From Prevotella sp. (GTDB taxonomy: Bacteria; Bacteroidota; Bacteroidia; Bacteroidales; Bacteroidaceae), in the NCBI GenBank assembly GCA_016285075.1, contig JAEEQB010000007.1, forward strand, positions 14,302 to 78,301: a stretch of 64,000 nt of DNA. Direction: 5' to 3'. This document shows, one piece after another, positions 7,726 through 17,802 of the stretch (positions within the stretch are counted from its first letter, which is position 1; each line of letters begins with the position of its first letter). A program made the position numbers and the translations under genes. The notes under the pieces were generated by a model. It worked only from the letters and a program-made list of their open reading frames with translations. It was not told the origin of the DNA and ran no database searches.

Positions 7726-7799
7726 CCGCGTCAAACGCCATGTAGCAGCTCGCACTTGGTCAATCGTGGGCTTGCGGCGTAATTGAGAAACATCTGAAG

Positions 7800-8639
7800 A
7801 TGAACAGGTTTTTGATGGTCATTCTTGCAGCGTCGCTGCTGTTCTCGTGTGGCGGGAGCAGGCGGACGCCTATAGCCGACACTCCAGCCGACTCGGTGGA
7901 CACCGTGCCCCAGGACACTACGGAAGTGGACTCGCTGGAGATGCTGGTAACCGACACACCGATGCCCAAGGCTGCCGACGAACTGTTCGACGACTTCATC
8001 TTCAACTTTGCCGCCAACCGTAATCTCCAGATGGAACGAATACTATTCCCGCTGCCCGTCACACGCAACGGACAGACGGACAGCCTCGACAAGAAGAGGT
8101 GGAAGACCGAGCGTTTCTTCCTGCACCAGGACTACTACACCGTGCTGTTCGACTCGGAGCGCCAGATGGCGCTGATGAACGACACGTCAGTAAACAAGGC
8201 CACGGTCGAGAAGATCTACTTCAACACCGGGGCCGTGATACAGTATGAGTTCCACCGCATCAGGGGAGCCTGGATGCTCACCAGCGTGCAGACTATTCCC
8301 ATTGCACAGAACAGGAATGCATCGTTCCTGGACTTCTACCATCAGTTTGTGACCGATTCGGTGTACCAGGCAGAGAGCCTGCATGAGACAGTACAGTTCA
8401 CTGGACCCGATCCCGACGATGACTTCGCACAGATGGAGGGGGTCATCACTGCCGACACGTGGCCAGCCTTTGCACCAGTGCTGCCTGAGAAGATGATCTA
8501 CAACATTGTCTACGGTGAACCGTCGAAGTCTACCGGGGTCATTATCTTCATGATGAGGGGCATAGCCAACGGCTTTGAGATGATGATGACGTTCCAGCAG
8601 CAGAACGGGCGGTGGGTACTGACGAAGATGAATACTTGA
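7800..8639 (+). CDS. Hypothetical lipoprotein
   Basis: The lipoprotein signal is MNRFLMVILAASLLFSCGG. Coding-like composition runs through the ORF. Confidence 0.65.
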   Translation: MNRFLMVILAASLLFSCGGSRRTPIADTPADSVDTVPQDTTEVDSLEMLVTDTPMPKAADELFDDFIFNFAANRNLQMERILFPLPVTRNGQTDSLDKKRWKTERFFLHQDYYTVLFDSERQMALMNDTSVNKATVEKIYFNTGAVIQYEFHRIRGAWMLTSVQTIPIAQNRNASFLDFYHQFVTDSVYQAESLHETVQFTGPDPDDDFAQMEGVITADTWPAFAPVLPEKMIYNIVYGEPSKSTGVIIFMMRGIANGFEMMMTFQQQNGRWVLTKMNT

Positions 8640-8647
8640 CATGTGAA

Positions 8648-8694
8648 GCGGCCTGCGGCCTAAATGATAAATGATAAATGATAAATGATAAATA
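8648..8694. repeat. GC hairpin (ggcc tgc ggcc) plus four AAATGAT heptamers; the murB start codon lies inside the array
   Basis: The 41-nt string gcggcctgcggcctaaatgataaatgataaatgataaatga (8648-8688) recurs exactly at 9684-9724. Confidence 0.9.
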
Positions 8695-9683
8695 AAAAAA
8701 TTGCTGCCGCCATCCCCAATACGTTTGGCATAGACGCCAGATGCAGCCGTTACGTGGAGTATGCCGATGTGGCAGAGGCCCGCGAGGTGGCCGCCATGCT
8801 GCGCGGCAGCCACGAGCCCTTCCTGGTGATAGGCGGAGGCAGCAACCTGCTGCTGACCCGTGACTTCCAGGGCACGGTGGTGCGCTCGGCCATCATGGGT
8901 ATCAGCTATGACGACGTACGCGTTACCTGCGGCAGCGGCATGGAGATGGACCTGGTGATAGCACAGTGCATAGAGCATGGGCTCTATGGTGCCGAGAACC
9001 TGTCGCTCATACCCGGCGACGTGGGAGCCTGCGCCGTGCAGAACATAGGAGCCTACGGTGTGGAGGCCAAGGACATCATAGAATGTGTGAGAGCCGTCGA
9101 CATAGCCACGGGCGAGTTGCACGAGCTGGCCAACCGTGACTGTCAATACGGTTACCGCCAAAGCCGGTTCAAGCAGGAGTGGCAGGGCAGGTATCTCATC
9201 ACCGAGGTGGTGTTCAGGCTGAGCAGGGAGTACCGGCCACATCTGGACTACGGCCACATACGTGCCGAGCTGCAGCGGCAGGGCATCGGCAATCCCGATG
9301 CACAGCAGCTGCGCAATGTGATCATTGGAATACGCCAGTCGAAACTGCCCGACTGGAAAGTAACAGGCAATGCCGGCAGCTTCTTCATGAACCCCGTGGT
9401 GGACCGTGAGAAGTACGAGGCACTGGCAGCACAGTACCCCGGCATGCCCCACTACTACATTGACGAGCAGCACGAGAAGATTCCCGCAGGGTGGATGATA
9501 GAGCAGTGCGGGTGGAAAGGACGCTCGCTGGGCCGGGCCGGTGTCTACGCGAAACAGGCACTGATACTGGTGAACCTGGGCGGTGCCACGGGCGCAGAGA
9601 TAGTGACGCTGTGCGACACCATCCGTCAGGACGTGCAGCAGAAGTTCGGTATTGACATTCACCCCGAAGTGAACATCGTTTAG
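8685..9683 (+). CDS. murB: UDP-N-acetylenolpyruvoylglucosamine reductase
   Basis: Motifs NTFGIDA, an FAD-binding VIGGGSNLL, and C-terminal [12 protein letters not shown]...GAEI all fit MurB. Confidence 0.9.
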   Translation: MINKKIAAAIPNTFGIDARCSRYVEYADVAEAREVAAMLRGSHEPFLVIGGGSNLLLTRDFQGTVVRSAIMGISYDDVRVTCGSGMEMDLVIAQCIEHGLYGAENLSLIPGDVGACAVQNIGAYGVEAKDIIECVRAVDIATGELHELANRDCQYGYRQSRFKQEWQGRYLITEVVFRLSREYRPHLDYGHIRAELQRQGIGNPDAQQLRNVIIGIRQSKLPDWKVTGNAGSFFMNPVVDREKYEALAAQYPGMPHYYIDEQHEKIPAGWMIEQCGWKGRSLGRAGVYAKQALILVNLGGATGAEIVTLCDTIRQDVQQKFGIDIHPEVNIV

Positions 9684-9830
9684 GCGGCCTGCGGCCTAAA
9701 TGATAAATGATAAATGATAAATGAGAAGTGAGAAGTGATAAATGAGAAGTGAGAAGTGATAAGTGAGAAGTGAGAAATGATAAGTGAGAAGTGATAAGTG
9801 AGAAATGATAAATGAGAAGTGAGAAGTGAA
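9684..9830. repeat. GC hairpin plus 19 tandem heptamers AA[AG]TGA[TG], running up to the start codon of the next gene
   Basis: Units were counted from 9698 to 9830 with a strict 7-nt period. The first 41 nt duplicate 8648-8688. Confidence 0.9.
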
Positions 9831-9831
9831 G

Positions 9832-10599
9832 ATGAAACTGACTTTTCTTGGAACCGGGACCTCTACAGGCGTACCTACGATAGGATGCCAGTGTGAGGTG
9901 TGCCGAAGCACGGACCCGCACGACAAGCGGCTGCGATGCTCGGTGCTGGTCGAGACAGAAAGCACACGGATACTGGTGGACTGCGGACCTGACTTCAGGC
10001 AGCAGATCATGCCGCAGCCGTTCCGTCGCATCGATGCCATCCTTGTCACACACTCCCACTACGACCATATAGGCGGTATGGACGACATACGCCCCTACTG
10101 CCAGTTCGGCGAGATCAACGTCTATGCCGACCCGCATTCGTGCAAGGAGATGCTGCAGATGCTGCCTTACTGCTTTGCCGAGCACCGCTACCCCGGCGTG
10201 CCGGCCATAGGGCTGCACCAGATACTGCCTCACCAGCCATTGCGCTTCGGCGACATCGACGTGATGCCCATCGAGGTGATGCACGGTAAGCTGCCCATAC
10301 TGGGCTATCGGTTCGGACCATTAGCCTATATCACCGACATGAAGACCATCAAGGACAGCGAGCTGCCCTATCTGGAGGGCGTAGAGATACTGGTGGTGAA
10401 CGCCCTCAGATTCACCGACCCGCACCACTCCCACCAGCTGGTGGACGATGCCGTCGGCTTCGCACGCAGGATTGGTCCCAGGCAGACGCTGCTCATACAC
10501 TCCAGCCACCATATAGGACGTCATGAGGAGGTGAACCGGCTGTTGCCCGAAGGCATTGAAATGGCATACGACGGACAGGTAGTGGAATGTGGAAAGTGA
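9832..10599 (+). CDS. MBL-fold metallo-hydrolase (PhnP-like)
   Basis: The metal-binding motif is [10 protein letters not shown]. The start was set to the ATG at 9832, although a GTG at 9826 is also possible. Confidence 0.8.
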   Translation: MKLTFLGTGTSTGVPTIGCQCEVCRSTDPHDKRLRCSVLVETESTRILVDCGPDFRQQIMPQPFRRIDAILVTHSHYDHIGGMDDIRPYCQFGEINVYADPHSCKEMLQMLPYCFAEHRYPGVPAIGLHQILPHQPLRFGDIDVMPIEVMHGKLPILGYRFGPLAYITDMKTIKDSELPYLEGVEILVVNALRFTDPHHSHQLVDDAVGFARRIGPRQTLLIHSSHHIGRHEEVNRLLPEGIEMAYDGQVVECGK

Positions 10600-10611
10600 A
10601 GAATCAATGAT

Positions 10612-13600
10612 ATGCAGACAAGAATGATACTGACAACAAGACTAAAATCCATAACAGGCAGGGTGGCCCTGGTGCTGTTCGGCCTTTTTGCCTTCATGCC
10701 TTCCCATGCGCAGGAGATCATCTCGCTGGAAGGTATCTGGGACTTCTATCAGGATGACGGAAGGTTCAAGAATCCCCAGTACAACCGTTTCAGCGACTAC
10801 GTGAGCCTGCCGGGCTCCATGCTGACCAACGGCAAGGGCAACCCCGTCACGGTGAATACACAGTGGACAGGATCGCTCTACGACTCCAGCTTTTACTTCA
10901 ACCCCTATATGGAGCGTTACCGGAAGGAAGGACAGATGAAGTTCCCCTTCTTCCTCACTCCCCAACGCCACTATGTGGGTGCTGCCTGGTATCGTCGCTT
11001 CGTCTATGTGCCCGACGAATGGAAGGGTCGCCGCATCATCCTGTTCCTGGAACGGCCTCACATTGAGACAACCGTATTCGTCAACGGTGACAGCGTGGGA
11101 CACCAGATGAGCCTTTCGGTACCCCACCGCTACGACATTTCCAAGTATGTCAAGGCCGGAGTGAAGAACCAAATCTGCATACGCGTCTACAACGGCATAG
11201 AGAATGTGTGCGTAGGACAGGACTCACACTCGGTGACCGACCAGACACAAGGCAACTGGAACGGCATAGCCGGACGGATAGAGCTGCAGGCATCGTGGAA
11301 GAAACTCAGCGCGGGCAATATCAAGATACGCTCTGTCTTCAACGTGGTGAAATGGAAAAAAGGCAAGTACATGCGTAATGACTTAGGAAAAGTAGTGCCC
11401 AATACCCAGAAGAAGGACCAGTTGTTGCGGGCAGTCGATGTTACCGTCGAACTGAACAACCGCCTCAGGAACATATTGCCCGTATGGGACTACTACTGCA
11501 CACTGTCTGTTGCTCCCCTGAAGAACGGCAAGCCCGGCATGGCCATCCGTACATACAATGCAAGGGTGAATTCAGACAATAGCGTGCATACCTCATTCTA
11601 CCTCTATGACGACATAGGCATGTGGGATGAGTTCTCACCACAGCTCTACCGGCTGACAGTCAGCGTGGGCGATGAAAGCATAGAGAAAGACTTCGGTGTG
11701 CGCTATGTGGAAATCAAGGACCGCCAGTTCTACATCAACGGACGGCCCATGTTCCTGCGCGGAACGGTGGAGAACTGCTGCTTCCCCGAGACAGGCTATC
11801 CGCCCACCGACAAGGAGTCGTGGCTCAAGGTGATGAAGAAGTGCAAGGAATACGGACTGAACCATGTGCGCTTCCACAGCTACTGTCCGCCCGATGCCGC
11901 TTTCCAGGCTGCCGACGAGATGGGCATCTACCTGCAGCCCGAGGGACCCTCATGGCCCAATCATGGCGTCAAGCTGCGCCGTGGACAGAAGATCGACCAG
12001 TACCTGCTCGAGGAGTCGAAACGCATTGTCGATGAGTATGGCCACCACCCGTCGTTCATCATGATGGCAGCAGGCAATGAGCCCGCAGGCGACTGGGTGA
12101 GCTATTGCAACGACTGGGTCAGGCAGATGCATCAGTACGACTCCACACGCGTCTATTGCGGCGCCAGCGTGGGCGGCGGATGGGCTTGGGACGACGGCTC
12201 GCAGTATCACGTCAAGGGCGGTGCACGAGGACTCGACTGGGACAGGCATGCGCCGCATAGCGATGACGACTATTACGACCAGATAGAGTTCCCCCGCAAC
12301 TACAAGGGGACCACGCCCAACCAGTCGCCCATCATTGCCCACGAGCAGGGACAGTGGTGTGCTTTCCCCGACTTCAAGGAGATATACCAATACACGGGTG
12401 CCTACAAGGCCGGGAACTTCGAAATATTCCGTGACCTGCTGCGTGACAACGGCATGGAGCAGATGAGCGAGAAGTTCCTGGAAGCCAGCGGAAAGCTGCA
12501 GACACTCTGTTACAAGTACGAGATAGAGCGCAACCTGCGTACCAAGGACTATGCCGGGTTCCAGCTGCTTAGTCTCAACGACTACAGCGGACAGGGAACA
12601 GCCCTCGTCGGACCACTCAATGTGCACTGGAAGGAGAAGGGCTACACCAATACCATTGACTGGCACGCCTTCTGCAGCCCACTGGTTGCGCTGGCCAGGT
12701 TCCCCAAGTTCGTCTATACCAACAACGAGACGCTGGAAGTGCCCGTCGAGGCATGCAATGCCACCTTTGCCGTACTGACGAACGTACACGTCACCTATTA
12801 CATCAAGAACGACAGCAACAGGATATACACCCAGGCAGAGTTGTCCTATCACAAGAAGATGCCCATCGGCAAGAACTATTCACTGGGCACCATAAGGTTC
12901 CCACTCGACAGCATTCAGACACCACAGAAGCTCACACTCGCCGTACAGTTCTCAGGACGGTTCCAGAACCTGTGGGAGTTCTGGGTCTATCCACAGTCCC
13001 TGCCCGACGTTCCACAGTCCTCTATTACCGTCACCGATACCCTTGACCAGAAGGCTCTCGACGTGTTGGACAAGGGAGGCGATGTGCTGCTGACGGCGGC
13101 AGGCAAGGTCAGGTTAGGCAGCGATGTGGTGCAGCACTATCTGCCCGTGTTCTGGAACACATCATGGTTCAAGATGCGTCCGCCACACACCACTGGAGCC
13201 TACATCGACAAGGATCATCCCCTCTTCAGCCACGGCTTCCCCACCGACTCCTGGTCTAACCTCAACTGGTGGGAACTGCTGAACAGGGCACAGGTGATGA
13301 ACCTCATGGAACTGCCGAAGGACTACCAGCCACCCATCCAGCCCATCGACACATGGCACGTGTCGCGCAAGCTGGGCATGCTCATTGAGGCACGTGTGCT
13401 GAATGGAAGGCTGCTCATGACGACAATGGACATAGGCACCGACCTTGGCCACCGCATTGTTGCACGGCAGATGCGCAGTGCCATCCTCAGCTATATGCAG
13501 AGCGCCGACTTCCAGCCCAAGCTCACGCTCAACCCCGAAGTGATCAACCATTTCTTCACCCGCCAGGCACCGCCCGTGAATATGTTCACCAATGATTCGC

Positions 13601-13629
13601 CCGACGAACTGAAGCCGAAACTGAAATAA
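10612..13629 (+). CDS. Secreted glycoside hydrolase, GH2-like (beta-galactosidase/beta-glucuronidase superfamily)
   Basis: It has a signal peptide, an N-terminal sugar-binding-domain pattern (WYRRFVYVP, VFVNG..VG) and a TIM-barrel segment with AAGNEP. Confidence 0.6.
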   Translation: MQTRMILTTRLKSITGRVALVLFGLFAFMPSHAQEIISLEGIWDFYQDDGRFKNPQYNRFSDYVSLPGSMLTNGKGNPVTVNTQWTGSLYDSSFYFNPYMERYRKEGQMKFPFFLTPQRHYVGAAWYRRFVYVPDEWKGRRIILFLERPHIETTVFVNGDSVGHQMSLSVPHRYDISKYVKAGVKNQICIRVYNGIENVCVGQDSHSVTDQTQGNWNGIAGRIELQASWKKLSAGNIKIRSVFNVVKWKKGKYMRNDLGKVVPNTQKKDQLLRAVDVTVELNNRLRNILPVWDYYCTLSVAPLKNGKPGMAIRTYNARVNSDNSVHTSFYLYDDIGMWDEFSPQLYRLTVSVGDESIEKDFGVRYVEIKDRQFYINGRPMFLRGTVENCCFPETGYPPTDKESWLKVMKKCKEYGLNHVRFHSYCPPDAAFQAADEMGIYLQPEGPSWPNHGVKLRRGQKIDQYLLEESKRIVDEYGHHPSFIMMAAGNEPAGDWVSYCNDWVRQMHQYDSTRVYCGASVGGGWAWDDGSQYHVKGGARGLDWDRHAPHSDDDYYDQIEFPRNYKGTTPNQSPIIAHEQGQWCAFPDFKEIYQYTGAYKAGNFEIFRDLLRDNGMEQMSEKFLEASGKLQTLCYKYEIERNLRTKDYAGFQLLSLNDYSGQGTALVGPLNVHWKEKGYTNTIDWHAFCSPLVALARFPKFVYTNNETLEVPVEACNATFAVLTNVHVTYYIKNDSNRIYTQAELSYHKKMPIGKNYSLGTIRFPLDSIQTPQKLTLAVQFSGRFQNLWEFWVYPQSLPDVPQSSITVTDTLDQKALDVLDKGGDVLLTAAGKVRLGSDVVQHYLPVFWNTSWFKMRPPHTTGAYIDKDHPLFSHGFPTDSWSNLNWWELLNRAQVMNLMELPKDYQPPIQPIDTWHVSRKLGMLIEARVLNGRLLMTTMDIGTDLGHRIVARQMRSAILSYMQSADFQPKLTLNPEVINHFFTRQAPPVNMFTNDSPDELKPKLK

Positions 13630-13647
13630 CACCAAACCACAGCAATC

Positions 13648-14466
13648 ATGGAAATAGTCATTGGAATAGACGTGGGCATCTCCACCACGAAAATCGTTGG
13701 ACTCAAAGACGGACGCGTCACTGCCCCTATCCGCATCACTGCTGCCGACCCCATCACCTCACTCTACGGAGCCTTCGGCAAGTATCTGCACGACAACAGC
13801 ATTGAACTCTCGGCTGTAGACCAGGTCATGCTTACCGGCGTTGGCTCTGCCTACATCAAAGGTCCTGTCTACGGTCTTCCCACCACCAAGGTGGAGGAGT
13901 TCGTGGCCGACGGCCTGGGTGCACGCTATGAGTCTAAGCTCGACCATACCATCGTCGTCTCCATGGGCACGGGTACCAGCTTCGTGCTCTGCGACGGCAA
14001 CGAGATGCGCCATATCGGCGGTATCGGTGTAGGCGGTGGAACACTTGCAGGCTTGTCACGCCTGTTGCTCAACACCAGCGACATCAAGCAGGTGGCATCG
14101 CTCGCCATGCAGGGGGAGATACAGAATGTCAACCTGCTGATTGGCGACATCTCGGCAGAGCCACTGCCCAACCTTCCTATGGACGCTACTGCCAGCATAC
14201 TGGCCAAGGCACAGAACGGCGCACGCAAGGAAGACATCGCCGCAGGCATCATCTCAATGGTGCTGCAGACCATCGGTTCGGCAGCATGGCTGTCGTCACG
14301 TGGGTCCGATATACGCGACTTCGTACTCATTGGCAACCTGTCGCTGCTGCCACAGTGCAAGGAGGTGTTCCCGCCGCTGGAGAAACTGTACAACATACGG
14401 TACCACATACCCAAGTATTCACAGTACTGTACAGCCATCGGTGCCGCACTGAACTACAGGAAGTGA
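13648..14466 (+). CDS. coaW: Type II pantothenate kinase-like ASKHA ATPase (CoaW-like)
   Basis: GIDVGISTTK, VSMGTGTSFV, IGGIGVGGGTL and C-terminal SQYCTAIGAAL resemble the Staphylococcus CoaW motifs as recalled from memory. Confidence 0.55.
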   Translation: MEIVIGIDVGISTTKIVGLKDGRVTAPIRITAADPITSLYGAFGKYLHDNSIELSAVDQVMLTGVGSAYIKGPVYGLPTTKVEEFVADGLGARYESKLDHTIVVSMGTGTSFVLCDGNEMRHIGGIGVGGGTLAGLSRLLLNTSDIKQVASLAMQGEIQNVNLLIGDISAEPLPNLPMDATASILAKAQNGARKEDIAAGIISMVLQTIGSAAWLSSRGSDIRDFVLIGNLSLLPQCKEVFPPLEKLYNIRYHIPKYSQYCTAIGAALNYRK

Positions 14467-14528
14467 TTTTTTTGTGTCAGCCATTAAACCTTTTGGCACT
14501 GAGTTTCGTCAAACAAGAAAACTAAACT

Positions 14529-15746
14529 ATGAGGCGTTTGGTTCTGATGTGGCTGACCCTGATGTTGGGGGTGGTGGCACTGGCGCAGCGGACTGTGGTC
14601 AGTGGCACTGTTAGTGATGCAAAGACGGGCGACCGGCTGGCACAGGTCAGTGTGACTGCCAGCGGCAGCGGTGAGGCCGTAGTGACCAACGAGGACGGTG
14701 TGTTTACCCTGAAGACCGAGAAGGAGGTGGAGACACTCGTCATTTCGTATGTGGGCTACCGTACACGCCGTGTCAATGTGAAGGGAGAAGGTAACAAACC
14801 CCTGGACATACGTCTTACAGCCGCACCGGTACAGCTGGGCGAGGTGGTGGTGTGGACCAATGACCCGCGTCAGCTACTGCGCATTGCCATGAGCAAGATA
14901 TCCGAGAACTACAGCCGCAAGCCGGAACTCATGGAGTGCTTCTACCGCGAGACGGCCATGAAGCGCCAGCATTACATCTATGTGGCTGAGGGGGTGATAG
15001 ACATGTACAAGACCCCCTATACCAAAGGAGTGGGGCGCGACCGTGTGGCCATCCGAAAGGGACGCCGGTTGCTGAGTCCGCGCCAGAAGGACACCCTCAG
15101 CGTGAAGGTGCTGGGAGGACCGGTCCAGCCAGTACAGCTGGACGTGGTGAAGAATACGGAATTCCTGCTCAATCCATTGGATCTGGAGAACTATGATTTC
15201 CAGCTGCTGCCCTCGCAGATGATAGGCGACCGCGAGCAGTTTGTGGTGGCCATCTCACCGCTGATACCTCAGCATTATGCCCTTTATTACGGACGGTTCT
15301 ACATTGACCGCGAGACACTGGCATTCACTCGTGTGGAGCTGGAACTCGACATGAGCGACCGCCAGAAGGCTACTAACTTCATGTTGGTCAAGAAACCCTT
15401 CGGCGTGCGGTTCCGTCCGAAGGAAATGTCGCTGCTCATTGACTATAAGACCGATGATGGCGTGACCCGCATCAGCTATGTGCGCAACACGTTCCGTTTC
15501 AATTGCGACTGGAAGCGGCGGCTGTTTGCCACTTCGTTTGCGGCCGTTTGCGAGATGGTGGTTACCGACCGTGCCGACGAGGCACACCCCATCAGCGGGC
15601 GGCAGACCTTTGACAGCCGCGACGCGTTCTATGATAAGGTGGATTATTTCCGCGATCCCGACTTCTGGCGCGACTATAACATCATAGAACCTTCTGAGTC
15701 GCTTGACCGTGCCATTGACAGGCTGGTGAAGCGACACCAGAAGTAA
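14529..15746 (+). CDS. Carboxypeptidase-regulatory-like (CarboxypepD_reg) domain protein, secreted
   Basis: A signal peptide is followed by VSGTVSDAKTGDRLAQVSV...TNEDGVFTL...ISYVGY. Confidence 0.65.
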   Translation: MRRLVLMWLTLMLGVVALAQRTVVSGTVSDAKTGDRLAQVSVTASGSGEAVVTNEDGVFTLKTEKEVETLVISYVGYRTRRVNVKGEGNKPLDIRLTAAPVQLGEVVVWTNDPRQLLRIAMSKISENYSRKPELMECFYRETAMKRQHYIYVAEGVIDMYKTPYTKGVGRDRVAIRKGRRLLSPRQKDTLSVKVLGGPVQPVQLDVVKNTEFLLNPLDLENYDFQLLPSQMIGDREQFVVAISPLIPQHYALYYGRFYIDRETLAFTRVELELDMSDRQKATNFMLVKKPFGVRFRPKEMSLLIDYKTDDGVTRISYVRNTFRFNCDWKRRLFATSFAAVCEMVVTDRADEAHPISGRQTFDSRDAFYDKVDYFRDPDFWRDYNIIEPSESLDRAIDRLVKRHQK

Positions 15747-15815
15747 GTGACTTACTGCGTTACGATGTTATTTCCTTACTGTTAGTATAAGGTAATAATA
15801 ATCAGTAATAAAACG

Positions 15816-16697
15816 TTATTCTGCCCCTTCGGCTAGTTGCATGAGATATTGGCCATAGCCATTCTTGAGCATCGGCTGGGCCAGACACTTCAACTGCTGG
15901 GCATTGATCCAGCCTTTCTTGTAGGCAATTTCCTCAAGACAGGCCACCTTGAGCCCCTGACGCTTCTCAATGACCTCGATGAACGTGGAGGCCTCGGCCA
16001 GCGAGTCGTGGGTGCCGGTGTCGAGCCATGCAAAGCCGCGCTGCAGGGTCTGCACCTTCAGCTTCTGCTGGGCAAGGTATTCCTGGTTGACGGTCGTAAT
16101 CTCCAGCTCGCCACGGGCAGAAGGCTTGATGTGCTTAGCTATCTCTACCACGCTGTTGGGATAGAAGTAAAGTCCTACGACAGCATAGTTGGACTTGGGA
16201 TTCTCGGGCTTCTCCTCAATGCTGAGACAGTTGCCGTCGGCATCGAACTCGGCCACACCGTAGCGCTCAGGGTCGTTCACATAGTAGCCGAAGACGGTGG
16301 CCAGTCCCAGCTTCTCGGCATTCTCCACACTCTGGCGCAGCAGCCCGGTAAAACCTGAGCCGTAGAAGATGTTGTCGCCCAGCACGAGGCAGGCACAGTC
16401 GTTGCCAATGAACTCCTCGCCGATGATGAAGGCCTGTGCCAGTCCGTCGGGGCTGGGCTGCTCGGCATATTCGAAGTGTACACCCAGCTCTTCGCCTGTG
16501 CCTAAGAGCCTGCGGAACCCCGGCAGGTCATAGGGGGTGGAGATGATGAGTATGTCACGTATGCCAGCCAGCATGAGTGCCGAAATGGGGTAGTAGATCA
16601 TCGGCTTGTCGAAAATGGGGATGAGTTGCTTGGAGATTCCCTTGGTGATGGGGTAGAGGCGTGTACCGCTACCTCCGGCTAATACGATACCTTTCAT
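15816..16697 (-). CDS. rfbA: Glucose-1-phosphate thymidylyltransferase
   Basis: [18 protein letters not shown] and the C-terminal [10 protein letters not shown] fit RfbA. The start was trimmed to the conserved MKGIVLAGG. Confidence 0.9.
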   Translation of the reverse strand: MKGIVLAGGSGTRLYPITKGISKQLIPIFDKPMIYYPISALMLAGIRDILIISTPYDLPGFRRLLGTGEELGVHFEYAEQPSPDGLAQAFIIGEEFIGNDCACLVLGDNIFYGSGFTGLLRQSVENAEKLGLATVFGYYVNDPERYGVAEFDADGNCLSIEEKPENPKSNYAVVGLYFYPNSVVEIAKHIKPSARGELEITTVNQEYLAQQKLKVQTLQRGFAWLDTGTHDSLAEASTFIEVIEKRQGLKVACLEEIAYKKGWINAQQLKCLAQPMLKNGYGQYLMQLAEGAE

Positions 16698-16857
16698 AAT
16701 TGATTCTTTGATTTGACGGTGCAAATATACGAATTTATTTCCGAACGGCCATTCTTTTTCCTGATACTTTTTTGATTGGCGTATTATTTTCACGTTTTGT
16801 TTGCCGTTTCAGTTTTTTATTCGTAATTTTGCCGAAAAATTCGGCGAACAGGTATTG

Positions 16858-17799
16858 ATGACAGACAGGATGATGACCATACTCGGTCCGACAGCTACCG
16901 GCAAGACACAGCTGGCAGCGGCAGTGGCGGCCACGCTCTATCGTGAGGGCAGACAGGCGGAGATTATCTCGGCCGACTCACGACAGGTGTACCGGCGTAT
17001 GGACATAGGAACAGGCAAGGACCTGGAGGACTATACGGTGGACGGACGCCAGGTGCCCTACCATCTGATAGACATCTGTGAGCCGGGTACGAAGTACAAC
17101 CTCTTCCAGTATCAGCAGGATTTCTTCGATGTGTACCAGCAGATACGGAGCAGAGGATCGCTGCCCATACTTTGCGGTGGAACGGGGTTGTATATAGAGG
17201 CGGTGCTGAAGGGTTACAAACTGTCGCCTGTGCCGCAGAACCCTGAACTGAGGCAGCGGCTGGAGGGACGGACGCTGGAGGAACTGACACAGATACTTGT
17301 GGAACTGAAGCGGCAGAACGGCTCCGTGATGCACAATACCACCGACGTAGACTCCTGCCAGCGGGCCATCAGGGCCATTGAGATTGAGACATACAACCTG
17401 GAGAACCCTGTGCCACGCAGGGAATTGCCGCCGGTGGATTCGCTGATCATCGGGGTGAGCATAGACCGCGAGCTGAGGCGCGAGAAGATTACCCGGCGGC
17501 TGAAGGCCCGATTGGAAGAAGGTATGGTGGACGAGGTGCGGGCACTGATTGACAGCGGTATCCCGGCAGAAGACCTTATCTACTATGGACTGGAGTATAA
17601 ATACCTGACGGAATATGTTTTGGGGCGGCTGAGCTACGATGAGATGTTCCGCCAGCTGGAGATAGCCATCCACCAGTTTGCCAAGCGGCAGATGACATGG
17701 TTCCGGGGCATGGAGCGCCGGGGCTTCCGGATACACTGGATAGAAGCAACGCTGCCCATGGAGCAGAAAGTGGAAATGATACTGAATATTGAAGAGTGA
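16858..17799 (+). CDS. miaA: tRNA dimethylallyltransferase
   Basis: GPTATGKT P-loop, SADSRQVYR.MDIGT and GGTGLY motifs fit MiaA. The start was trimmed to an ATG. Confidence 0.9.
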   Translation: MTDRMMTILGPTATGKTQLAAAVAATLYREGRQAEIISADSRQVYRRMDIGTGKDLEDYTVDGRQVPYHLIDICEPGTKYNLFQYQQDFFDVYQQIRSRGSLPILCGGTGLYIEAVLKGYKLSPVPQNPELRQRLEGRTLEELTQILVELKRQNGSVMHNTTDVDSCQRAIRAIEIETYNLENPVPRRELPPVDSLIIGVSIDRELRREKITRRLKARLEEGMVDEVRALIDSGIPAEDLIYYGLEYKYLTEYVLGRLSYDEMFRQLEIAIHQFAKRQMTWFRGMERRGFRIHWIEATLPMEQKVEMILNIEE

Positions 17800-17802
17800 G
17801 AT

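Noticed and set aside
8187-9662. A 491-aa minus-strand ORF covering murB.
   Set aside because: It is antisense to a clearly recognisable murB and has no motifs. Long shadow ORFs are expected in GC-rich coding regions.
9385-10284. Minus-strand ORFs with [10 protein letters not shown] repeats running through 9696-9830.
   Set aside because: They are translations of the heptamer array and are antisense to the MBL-fold gene.
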